DNA of 64,000 bases, taken from the NCBI GenBank assembly GCA_965113315.1, contig OZ220378.1; one strand, given 5' to 3'. Under the pieces are notes generated by a model. The model was not told where the DNA came from. It saw nothing but the letters and a program-made list of their open reading frames with translations, and did no database searches. This document shows, piece by piece, positions 1 to 11,600 of this stretch. The DNA comes from Podarcis vaucheri (taxonomy: Eukaryota). The position numbers were made by a program, and so were the translations under genes. Every line of letters starts with the position of its first letter. Position 1 is the first letter of the stretch.

Positions 1-1023
1 ATGTTCTGAGCCAACGTGTATCTAAACCCAGTACTGCCGATTGGTGTGCTTTGAAAAGGCTTATCAGATATCTAAAGGGGACATTAAATGTATGTTTGAA
101 GATCTCTAGTACACAAGATGAAAAACTAGAAGTATTTGTTGATGCGGACTGGGGAAGCTGTGTAGCTACTAGAAAATCTACAGGTGGAATGGTTATGATG
201 TTTGCCAATTCCATAATTGGATGGAGGTCAAAGAAACAAGGATTTGTTGTGACCTCATCCTGTGAGGCAGAATATGGGAGCCTGTCGCTAGCATGCAATG
301 ACATCATATGATTTATACAGATACTAAAAGATCTAGATTGTAAAGTAGATTTGCCTATCCAAGTGTATGAAGATAGCCAATCGTGCATTGCATTAGCAGG
401 CTCGGAAATAATGAAATCCGCATCAAAACATATTGCTATCCGTCATGCGAATGTGAGAGATTGTGTACAGAATGGGGTAATCAAACTGGAGTACTGTCAA
501 TCACAAGATAATATTGCTGATTTGTTTACCAAGCCTTTGCCAGCAACATGCCATAATGAATTGATGACAAAACTGGTTTTATGTATATAATGTATTGTTG
601 TATTGTTGTAATGTATTGTTTCTGTTGGGGTTTTTCGCATTTAAGAAACAGAAGGGGTGTCACGGCTAAAATGGCCGCTGTTTCTTTAATGCGAATAAAG
701 CTGGGTCAGCATGACTCAGCGGTCTGCACCAAGTTGTATATATAAGTGAGAAATGTTAGTTTGGGCTGTGGCTGGTGGTTGGGTTGGTTGGTGCTGGTGT
801 GTATAGTTATTCAGTCATGTTTTGCACAAGGACTTTTAAGAATAAAACTCTGCAAGGACTTTTCTCGTGGACTCTTTTGTGCCGACAAGGGTCCGAGGAC
901 CAGGCTGAGGAGACAAAGGGAGGTCAGAACCCTTTCCATCTTTTTTTTGCTTTTTACAAACACTGACATATTCAACTATATGGCAATTTATTGCACAGCC
1001 CTCCTCAGGAGCCGTCTGTTACA
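1..1023 (+). mobile_element. Ty1/Copia LTR retrotransposon 3' end (RT C-terminus, RNase H, PPT, 3' LTR 658-1023)
   Basis: Peptide ...LKRLIRYLKGT...DADWG...RKSTGG...WRSKKQ...SSCEAEY...SKHIAIRH...ADLFTKPL is Copia RNase H. ORFs 51..311 and 351..590 are one frame split by TGA at 309-311. PPT aagaaacagaagggg precedes TGT at 658; TATATAA at about 739; AATAAA at 841; ...TACA end. Confidence 0.9.
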
Positions 1024-1049
1024 CTGTGACTCAGAGTAGCTCCCTGGTT

Positions 1050-1430
1050 GTTGTTGTTGTTTATTAGATTCATATGCCTCGCTTTATCCCAAGATCTCAG
1101 GGCAGTTCACAAGATAAAAATACACGGTGAAAGCATAAATAAATAGTTAAAACAAAAACAACAAAATAATACCCCCCTTTGCACAGACATATTTAAAAGG
1201 CTGTAGTATGTTAATCAGCCAAAGGTGTGATTGAGGAGGAACATTTTTGCCTAAAGATGCAGGCACCAGATGAACCTCCACAAGTAGGGGGCCACTGCAG
1301 AAATGGCCCACTCTTGTGTTTGTCACCCTCCAGATCTCACATGGAGGAGGCACATGAAGAAAGACCTCAGATGATTAATGGGTAGATTTATATGGGGAGA
1401 GGCAGTCCTTGAGGTACTGCTGTCCTGAGC
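1050..1430 (-). mobile_element. Degenerate L2-like LINE 3' fragment
   Basis: Resembles the 3' end of the L2 copy at 15826-16420 (agacctcag...ggagaggcagtccttgaggta) with a simple-repeat tail. Confidence 0.45.
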
Positions 1431-1801
1431 CCTATTGCTGGTTGTAGAATACCTTCCCCTTTGAGGTATAGCTTGTGCAGACTCTCTTGTTTCTGCATTT
1501 GGTTGTTGATGCACTTTTGGAAATGTTTAGACATTAAAGATGGCTATTAGCTGGTGTTAAAAGAGAAGATAGTATGTATGTCAGGTGCTACTTGTGAATT
1601 TCCCAGGGTGTTTGACTTGTCAGTGTTGGAAGCAATGTACTGACCTAGATGAGCCTTTGGTCTGATACCAGCAAGACCAGTTTGTTTTTAAAACCGAAAT
1701 CAAATGGACCTGTTGGTGGATGGAGTTGGTGGCTTTTGTGTGATAATGAATCCTCTGAGCAGTTGTTCCTAAACTCCATCCCCTCCCCTCCATATGAACT
1801 A

Positions 1802-2115
1802 CAGTGGTACCTCTGGTTATGTCCGCTTCATGTTACTGTTGTAAACAAAAATTGCCCTTTTCCCTTCTTAGGGAAAAGGGCAATTTTTGTTTACAACATT
1901 ACGTTCTTTCAGGTTATGTCCGGCGGCGACCCTGAGGTACCGGAAAGGGTTACTTCTTGGTTTCGCCGCGTGCACAGATGCACAAAATGACGTCATGCGC
2001 AGAAGCGGCAAATTGCGACCCACAAGTGCGCAGATGCGCCGCTGCGGGTTGCACTATTTTCATGTTGCCAACGGGCCTCCAGAATGGATTCTGTTCGCAA
2101 GCAGAGGTACCACTG
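1802..2115. mobile_element. Tc1/mariner (Tigger-like) MITE
   Basis: TIRs CAGTGGTACCTCTG...CAGAGGTACCACTG, TA on left flank. Confidence 0.8.
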
Positions 2116-2490
2116 CACTTAAAAATTGTTGGTCTCTTGATGGACCACTTAGGGCTGGATTCAGCTTCCCTGTTCTGCTAGAAGCAGCCAATTTTTAGTG
2201 CTTCTTTTTTATTCTATTTTATCGTATTACAATTTTCATTCCATAAAATTAAACTTATAGTTCAATAAAAGACAATATAATTAATTGAAAACAATAAAAA
2301 TGCAATTAAAAATCAATATGAATATTTACTGTGGACACACTGTGGACCATTTGAATGAAGCTCACGGACCACATTTTGGTAACCCTGCTTTAGAGCAGAA
2401 GGTGGGTTATTGTAACACAATCAATTATACGTTCTGCTCATCTTGCTACATAGCTAGTTCTTCTATTGTTTTATTTTGTTTGTTTCATAG

Positions 2491-2634
2491 GAAAATGCAA
2501 ATAGGACTGTGTTTCGTATGCTTGATAAAGTACTTGCAGCAGAACTCATTCCAGCTACCTTAGAGAAGTATATTGAACCATACATGCACCATCATAATCT
2601 GGAGAAAGATGAAATTCTATTGCAGTACATAAAG
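2491..2634 (+). CDS. KNTC1: KNTC1 exon w1
   Basis: tag|[48 protein letters not shown]|gtatgc. Confidence 0.93.
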
Positions 2635-5600
2635 GTATGCTCTTTTCTCTATTCAAGATCAATACAAAATCTTTTCTGAGTATTAAATAACTAAAGACTT
2701 TATTTCCCTCTACAGGGAGCCAGGTGCTTCTTTTCTTAGGTAGAAAAGTATGAATTTACAAAGAACTAGGCTAATTTGCATAATATTCAGCATTTAAATA
2801 CTTGATTTTTTTCTCACCAGTTTGATGTATTCTAAATTTTCTGTTTGGGACAATGCTGTTTGGATTCAAGGAAGAGTAGCTTCTTGGTATGGGCAAGCAC
2901 TCCAAGACTTCTCTTTAGAGTGATCTCCTGTGATTTATTCCACTTGTGTAGCCCTGGGAGTTCCATGGGTGTAGGTTGCTGGGTTGAGACAGTGTGATAA
3001 TGGAAAAGGATTTGTTGTCTACTCTGGAGTTCACCTGGGCAAGTCTTGCCTGTTACGGAAGGGGGGGGGCATGTCTTCTTCACTACAATATATTTGCTCA
3101 ATTTCTCTAGGACTCCATCACCCCTCCCCTGTCCTCCATAATCTCTCAAGTAATCCTGTCAAAATCACTCTGCCAAACCTTTCCTCGGGCAATGCCAGGT
3201 GACAGACTATGCGTACATGGACCATTGTCTTCTCAGGATGTGCTTATCTGCGCTTATCTCCAGCTCTGCATATTCCCCCCTCCCTCCTCCATATGTTAAT
3301 CCAGTGTAACCCAACCTCTCCTTAATGTATTCATGATGTAATCTGTGTAACCCAACCTTTCCTTAATGTATTCGTGATGTAACTGGGAGGTATTTTGCAC
3401 TGTATTCTGGGACATGGAGGGAAATTTCAAAAGTTCATGTCACCCCCTTTCTCGCTGTTCAATCTCGCCTTGAACCTGTTGCGCAATAAACTTGGACCTT
3501 CTGCAGTTGCTCCTGTGTCCGGCTGAGCTCATTTTCTTCCGCAGGGACCCACGGACTTCGTCCGATGAGCTGGGTGGCAGAGTAACCCCACACCCAGATT
3601 TTAGCCGTAACATGCCGAAATACCTGCTTGACTGTGCAGCTTAAAGCAAATGGAGAAAAATATAAAGAGATTGAATGAGATTGCCACAGTGAAGAATCCT
3701 CATGGCTTGGTGTGCAGGAGGCAACAGAGTAGTGGCAGGAAGAGGAGGAAGTCCCCTATTTGGAAGCCTCCTTCTGTTGTCAGCAAAAATCTGCCCTTTC
3801 CCCCCTTATGGGGTATCCAAGAGCCCATATAGAGTCCTTACGTAGGTTTCCTATTGGTAGGAGAAAATAACAGAGGCCAACCAGAGAATATTGAGAAGCA
3901 AAGCAGCTAGTAAGCCTGATCTTTATTGATCTGTTGCAACAGGGTGCTCCCCTCACACGCAGGAAAGGAGGAGGACCCAGAAAAATGGTGTGCCAGGCCT
4001 TATAAAGACTTTTGAAATTGCCCTCCTGTAGATTAAGACCACCCCCAGAAACATCATACATACATCATAGAAAAGGTGGTCTAAACAGAAATTTAAATGT
4101 TGTTTATCTCTTGTCCTTGTTTATCTCCTGTCTGGCAGGTTACTTGATCGGATTTCCTGGGCAGCCTGGCTAGTCTTTTGTAGTGATAAATACTTAGTTC
4201 CTGGGCCAGGTCACAGGCTCACACCCTATTCAAACACAGACAGAATTTGTGAAGGAAAAGACAATGGGGAGGCTTTTCCATTTTGACCTTGCAGAGAAAA
4301 GATTTGGTCAGTTTAGGAATCAAAATGGTTCCAGGTTGGCCTTCCTGTGCTGATCTATGTATGTGCTTGGTTGGTACACTTATGAACATTACCATATATC
4401 TAAGACCATAAAATTCCTATTACACCACCAGCACAACACATTTCACTCTTGCCTGCTTGTCTGCCTGCCTGCGGAGCCATGTATTGCCAGCACAAACTGC
4501 TTGCTCTCTTATCTGCCTGGCTGGCTGGCTGGCTGGCTGCATGTTTGTCTCCATGTGAGCAAATGGGGTGGGTGGCTGGTCTCTTTCCTCCCCAGCGATC
4601 CACAGGGAGGAAAGAGATCAGCTATCTCGCTTGTGAGAAGGCAAACAGGCAGCCTGGCAGGCAACCAGAGCTGCCTAAACAGTTGGTCTTGCACAGCTGT
4701 GAGCCTTCCTGCCTCCCAGCTGAGCTGTTTAAGGAAGCCCCAGCAACCCTACCCCCTTGGCTTCCATGAGCTGGAGAGGTATGGCAAGGGGGCTTGCTCA
4801 TCTGAAGGGCTGGGCAATTTATCTGGCTGCTTCTTCCTCCCCTAAGGTGGGGAGGAAGAAGCAGCCAAATACATTTCAGACATTGGGATATATCAGTATA
4901 CCGTGGTATTTAGCTGCTGATGTATCATGATGCTGAAAACCATCCATCGCCCGGCCCTAGTACAGTCTTCAACAAATACACAGCTGTATGTTTAGTACTT
5001 GGTTTCTTTTTAAATTTGTTTTGTAATAATTGCATTGTTTAAATCCTTGTATTGTAAACTGTGGTGGCATTTTACTTACAGTGGAAAGTGTTGGTTCTAG
5101 GAAAAATAGGTATAAAGGAGATCCAAGCTGAGGGCAAGTACTCTTTGGTGAGAGAACCCCAGCAGAGAGTCAAAATCACAAAATATGCAGCAAAGTAAAA
5201 TTGTGGGAATTTAGGCTCTTAGACCTTTAAAATACGCCCTTCCAAGTTCTTTCCGGAGTTTCCCTCTTCCTTACCTTGGTCTTCTTCCCTCCCCTTTTTG
5301 AAAATGGTGTTGTCAACAAAAATCTGCCCTTTTCCCCCTTATGGGGTATCCAAGAGCCCATATAGTGTCCTTACGTAGGTTTTCTATTGGTAGGAGAAAA
5401 TAACAGAGGCCAACCAGAGACTATTGAGAAGCAAAGCAGCTAGTAAGCTTGATCTTTATTGATCTGTTGCAACAGGGTCCTCTCTCACCACACGCAGGAA
5501 AAGAGGAGGACCCAGAAAAATGGTGTGCAAGGGCTTATAAAGACTTTTGAAATTCCCATCCTGTAGATCAAGACCACTCCCAGAAACATTATGCATACAT

Positions 5601-8600
5601 CACAGAACGGGTGTAACCTAAGACCACCCCTCAGATACATTCCCCAACATCACAGAAATTTAAATGTTGTTTTTCTCTTGTCCTTGTTTATCTCCTGTCT
5701 GGCAAGTTACTTGATTGGATTGCCTGGGGAGCCTGGCCATTCTTTTGTAGTGGTAAAATACTTATCTCCTGGGCCAGGTCACAGGCTCACACCCTATTCA
5801 TATCTTAAATGTGTCCTTAAGACAGGATTTGTGAGGAAAGAGATACAGTGGTGCCTCGCAAGACGAAAAGAATACGTTCCGCGAGTCTCTTCATCTTGTG
5901 GTTTTTTCGTCTTGCGAAGCAAGCCCATTAGCGGCTTAGCGCTATTAGCGGGCTTAGCGGATCAGCAGATAAGCGGCTTAGCGGATCAGCTGATTAGCGG
6001 CTTAGCGGATCTGCTGTTAAGCGGCTTAGCGGCTTTGGATCAGCTGATAAGCGCCTTAGCGGCTTGGGAAAAAGGGGGGGGGGAGGAAAAAAAAACCCGT
6101 CTTGCGAAGCAAGCCCATAGGAAATTCGTTTTGCGAAGCACCTCCAAAACGGAAAACCCTTTAGTCTAGCGGGTTTTCCGTCTTGCGAGGCATTCGTCTT
6201 GCGGGGCACCACTGTAATGGGGAGACTTTTCCAGTTTGACCTTGCAGAGAAAACATTTGGTCAGTTTAGGAATCAAAATGGTTCCAGGTTGGCCTTCCTG
6301 TGCTGATCCATGTATGTGTGGTCCATGTATGTGCGGTTATGAACATTACCATATATCTAAGACTATAAATAAGACCATAAAATTCCTATCACAATGGGGA
6401 CAAGACTTGCCCGCCTCCAGTCTGCAGGGACCTCACCTGTTCTCCAATAATTCTCAAAGATTATAGACAGAGGCTCTAAGAGTACATCAGCAAGCTCCTT
6501 TAGCATCCTTGGGTGCAGCTCATCAGGCCCTGGAGATCTGAGTTCATTTAAAGTAGCCAGGTGTTCCCTTACTACTTCTTTTCTTATTTTGGGCTGCAGC
6601 TCCCTCCTTGCATTGTTTATTCTGTTACCACCAGGTTGGGCACTGCTTTCCTTTGGGGTAAAGACAGAGGCAAAGTCTGTGTTAAGCATTTCCACTTTCT
6701 CTCTGTCACCCAGTAGTATTTCTCTATCTTCTCTCAAGAGGCATACTACTTGCATGTTCTTCCTCTTGCTTGGAAATAGCCAAAGAAACCTTTCATTATT
6801 ATTTTTAATCTCTCTTTCAAGCCTGATTTCATTCTGAGGTTTTGCCCACCTGACATTCTCCCTGCAACAGTTGACAACTGATTTCTCCTTTCTTCCATTT
6901 CTATAAATGCCCATTCTTACATACTCAGCTCATCTGTAAGTTCCTTATGCAGACACACTGGTTTCTTTAGGTGCCTCCCACTTTTCTTTCTTGTTGGAAT
7001 TGTCTGACTTTGTGCTTTCAATATTTCACCTTTAAGAAGCTTCCGTTCACCTTGGAATCCCTTCACTTTGAGAATTTCTAACCGTGGGACTTCAACCAGT
7101 AGTTCCTTAAGCATTTTGAAATTATCCTTCCTAAAGTCCAGAGTGCATGTCTGGCTATACTCAGCTTTCCCTTGCCTTTGCCTTTGTATCATGAAACCCA
7201 AGAGGACATGATCACTTCCTCTCAAGATTCCCTGTAGTTCTACGTTGTCAATCACTTCCTCCCTGTGGTGAGGAACAGGTCCAGGAGAGATGACCCCCTT
7301 GTTGCTACTTCCATGAAATGAAATTGTCATTGATGCAATTGAAAAATTTATTGGACCTTACAGTTCCAAGAGATATTGGGGTAGTTTATGTCTCCCATGA
7401 CTACTATAGCTCTCCTTTTTGAATGTTTGTTAATCTGCTGTAGGAAGGCATCATTCAAGTCCTCAGTCTGGCTTGGAGGTCTGTAGCAGCACCCACAGCA
7501 AGGCCACTTGCTGTTTCCCTATTCTACAGTTTTTACCCATATACTCTCAATCTTCTATGTTCCAAGTCCTGGATCTCTTCACAAGTGTACATTTTCTCCT
7601 TCTCCTTCTTTCCTGCTTGATCTATTTCTTTTGAGCAGGTTGTATCCCTCAATTTCTTCCTGTCTTCTTACCAGATTTCAGTAACACCTTTTCCGAGGTA
7701 AGTGTGTGTAGGACTCTAGTCTAAAAACTGCATAGGAATTATACTAATGAATGACATCTATTTTTAAAAAGGTTGATTTTTAATACTTTTGAAATACTTT
7801 TGCCACAACATTTTCAAAACTTTCTTAAAATACTCTTTAGGACTTACTGGAGCGGTATTGTAAACAGTCGACCTCTGTCTTTGACACTACGTGGGAAGCA
7901 AAGGCCATCGCTGTCTTGAGCTGCATGTCCAACATAGATGTGAGTAGGACAAGTGTGCCAATGTTCCAATGATCCCTCTTTTCATATTGAAATGCATGCG
8001 GGATAAGAAACGCCTCTGGTTTGGAAAGAAGAGGCCAGTGGGACATAAGTCATAGAAATTTTCTTTTATAGTTGATCTTTGAAGGCGTGCTAGCAGTAAC
8101 ATACAGTGCTGTGGTTCCTTGGAATCCAGGAGTGGAACAGCTGGTTCAACAGTACCTGGACATGGAGCATGACAAGTAAGAGAACAAACCCATATGTACC
8201 TCTTAGCCTTTAAACACAAGGGGTAGCAAACATGATGCCCTCTGCAACTCCCATCGTCCTTTGGTCTTCACCAAGCTGGATGGGGCTGGTGAGAGTTGTG
8301 TAGTCCACAAGATCTGAAGACCACCAAGTTGGCTACTTCTACTGTACCACTTAGGGACTTCAGGAATTGTTCCTTGTTTGTTTGACTTAACTGCTCACTT
8401 TTCTCTTTGTTAAAGTCTAAAGACTGTATAACATTAAAATAATGACTTGCTGTGGTTGGATAGTCAGTGGGCCAGCATTGATGGTTTGGGCCTCTTGAAG
8501 CCTCTCATAGCATTGGACTGCCAGATACCCAACTGGGTCATTATATTAAATTTCACTCAGTGCCCCCTTTGGGTAAACAGTATTATAGTGCTGTTTAAAA

Positions 8601-11600
8601 CACCTGCAAATGCATAAGAATCTTTCACGCATGAGGTGTCTTTCGTGGTGAGAATGGCATTGTGATTGGCTAGCCCTGTGTGTCAAGGGGCCCTACTAAT
8701 CTACACATGGGGAGTTTCTTAAGGGGATTCCTGGGATCAGTCAGGAGCCCCCCCTCATAAGGAGGAGCACTACATTCATACATCAGTAAACAGGCAATAT
8801 CTTTTTTCTGTTGTCAGTCCATTAGTCCATCCAGCTAGTATTGTCTCCACTTACTAGCTGAGTTCTCTCCAAGCCCTGATGCCATTAGGGATACACTAGG
8901 GATGCCATGCCCAAATGTGGGGCCTCCTGCATGCAAAACATGTACTCTCTCACTAAGCTGTGGGCCCTCACTGAATAGCTCACATACTCTTCTTGCTCTC
9001 AGCTGCCCAACCGGTTTAGTATCTTCATGCTTGCTCTCCCAGGACTGAACCTTTAATTGGGTGGGGAGGGAATTGAATTTAAATCCTGTCCCTGAATGTT
9101 GGTAGAACAGAAGCCATTTGGACTTATTTTTTTCCATGTCTTACACAGCTTAGCTGTGCAAAGACAGGAGTGAGAGGCTGCTAGAACAGCCTTAGGTTTT
9201 AGCTGTAATTCATATGGGTAATTTTGTACCATTATACAGGGGTGTTGAAGTTCAGGACAAGAGAACAAATGTGGTCTACCAGGCCTTGTGGTTCTCTCCA
9301 GACTATACACTCACGAACGTTTGCCTAGTGGAAATGAGAGATGGCCACAGGGAGAGTGCAGAAGCCCCCAACTTTTGCATGGCTAGTACATAGCTAATTG
9401 TCATTGCAGGCATTTGCTCTGTCCTGGCCCTGCCCATTGGTGGCATATGGTCTCATGAAGTATGCCCATGAGAAATGGTTCCCTGTCCTGGCACTGTTGT
9501 GAATCATTTATTTGTGAGAGGTGGAGGGAAGATGGCTTAAGCTGCGAGTGGGACAGAAATATATGGGGTTGGCCCCCTTTGGGGAATGTTCTAGCTGCTT
9601 TGGCACAAACTTTTGTTTGTGGTATTTCTGCAACTGAAACAGCTTATTAGATTAGTCTGCCAATTTGTCAGAAGCTGAAATGTAAGTGCAGGCACACTTT
9701 ATCTGCAGGGTGAAGCTTCTGCAAGAAGGTTATAGGCTAATGGAAATGAAGAAACTTTTGCGGAATTATGGTATAAGAGACACCAATCTTTTAAATGATA
9801 AACAAGTGATGATGGTAAGTGGGGCCCCTTTTTTGGTAAAATGTACAGAAATAAGTCCCAATCATTTGAGTTGAAGAATGCTGTCATTGTTTGCAAGATT
9901 ACAGCCTTTGTTCATATGCCAATTTTGGTTTATGCATATTAAAATTTAACTTTATATGCAAGAGACTATGTTCTGTGATGAATATATTATGTCAGGCTTC
10001 CTCAACCTTGGCCCTCCAGATGTTTTTGAAACTACAATTCCTATCATCCCTGACCACTAGTCCTGCTAGCTAGGGATCATGGGAGTTGTAGGCCAAAAGC
10101 ATCTGGAGGGCCGAGGTTGCGGAAGCCTGTATTATGCATTATAGTGTACTGATTTGTGTCTTTTTCCAGATGCTGGTAAAGTATATTCTACAACAAGACT
10201 CAAATACTTCTTTAGAAGATGCTTTGAAAATAGTAAATGCATATATGTTGCCCACTGCAGATGTCTATGTCTGGAGGATTGTGGAACTTATTGATAAAGA
10301 AAAGGTGTGAACCATACTCATTCTTTACATTTTTTTTCTTTAAATATCCAAACTGTCCATTAGAAATACTTCATATTTAATTAAATTAGGTTACGTGCTC
10401 TACAGCAGCTAGCTGTTCTACAACTAGCAACTATTGTAGAAATAATTCACATAATTAACACAATCTTACTTAGTGGTCCATAGCTCAGTGGTAGAGCACA
10501 GGTTTGATCCCTGATATCTCCAAGTAGGATCTAAACCCCCATATTGCCAATCAGTAGAGACAGTACTGAAGCAGATAGACCAAAGAGCTGACTTAATATA
10601 AGGCAGCTGCCAATGTATCTGGATCTAACTTAACTAGAATTTAACTAGTGCCACATTGCCAAAGGGGTCTCCAGATGTGTTTTTTGAACAGTAGATCTCT
10701 GTGCCCCACGGCAAGCTGTTTGTGAACTGAACATAGAATTAATACACTTTATGTATGCTTTCAGGGGGATGATATTATAAGTTTATTAAAAGCACTGCCT
10801 CCTGCTGAAGCTGTGGAAATTGCAGATAAAATGTTGATATGGGGAAGACTGACATTAGAGAAAGAAACAGATGACTCTGAAGAAAAGGTAACTTCCATGA
10901 AACTGACTGCTGCTGATAATGTGTAAGTTATTATCCCCCAAGAGAGGTCAAACAAACATGTTCTCTGTTAAAAGGACAATGCTGTTCTCAAATGTAAACA
11001 GTAAAATCTTGCTCTTTGAGGTTGATGGGAGTATTCTCACATTTTCTTTTTCCTGTCCCCTTTCCACTGTCAACAGAAAATGCAGCTGTATATTAAAAAA
11101 ATTCTTGGGGAGATCCTTGAATTCCTACTTGGTTGTTGTCAGAAAGGTAAATCTTGCATTTATTGTGTTTTAGGTTTTGTAATAAACCATCCAGTAACCA
11201 CTCTTATTCACTCCAACCCACTCTTTTTTTTTTTTGGACAGAAAATATTTTGAAAAAAGAGGAATATGAAACAAACTTTAAATTGTTTAAAACTCTTGCA
11301 GCCTTACAGGTAAGGATCATAAGGCATTGAATTTTTTTAATGTGCTTTCTAGGTTGAGGTGAATGTAATTATTTAGAGGGGAAATGTAATCATGTATGTG
11401 TATTTCTTTAAAATACTCACATTCATCATTCACATATATGTGAATTCATCATTTTCATATATATGTATATGATCAGTGCTTTTTTTCTAGAAAAATAGGT
11501 GCTGATACTCACCATGAAGTTTTTCCAGTAAGTGCCACACTTTTAACAGCCAAAAAAAGAGGTGGTGGTACTGCGTACCCTTGAGTCCCCCCTTGGGGAA

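Larger units (their letters stand above)
5270..7700 (-). mobile_element. Degenerate CR1 LINE ORF2 fragment (endonuclease-RT linker), interrupted at 5308-6393
   Basis: ORFs 6917..7330 (GSDHVLL, TLDFRK) and 6363..6914 ([25 protein letters not shown]); continues [10 protein letters not shown] at 5281-5307. Confidence 0.85.

Noticed and set aside
5930-6063. Regularly spaced short repeats resembling a CRISPR array
   Set aside because: No unique spacers, eukaryotic context, and located inside a MITE.
3775-6393. Apparent full-length LTR element with two LTRs
   Set aside because: The second LTR has its own TSD, the outer flanks do not match, and no gag/pol is visible between them.
10474-10530. tRNA-like sequence (tagctcagtggtagagca...); similar at about 11660, 37440, 8900 and 32030
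   Set aside because: A-box is present but the cloverleaf is incomplete and continues into SINE-like body; these are tRNA-derived SINE heads, not tRNA genes.
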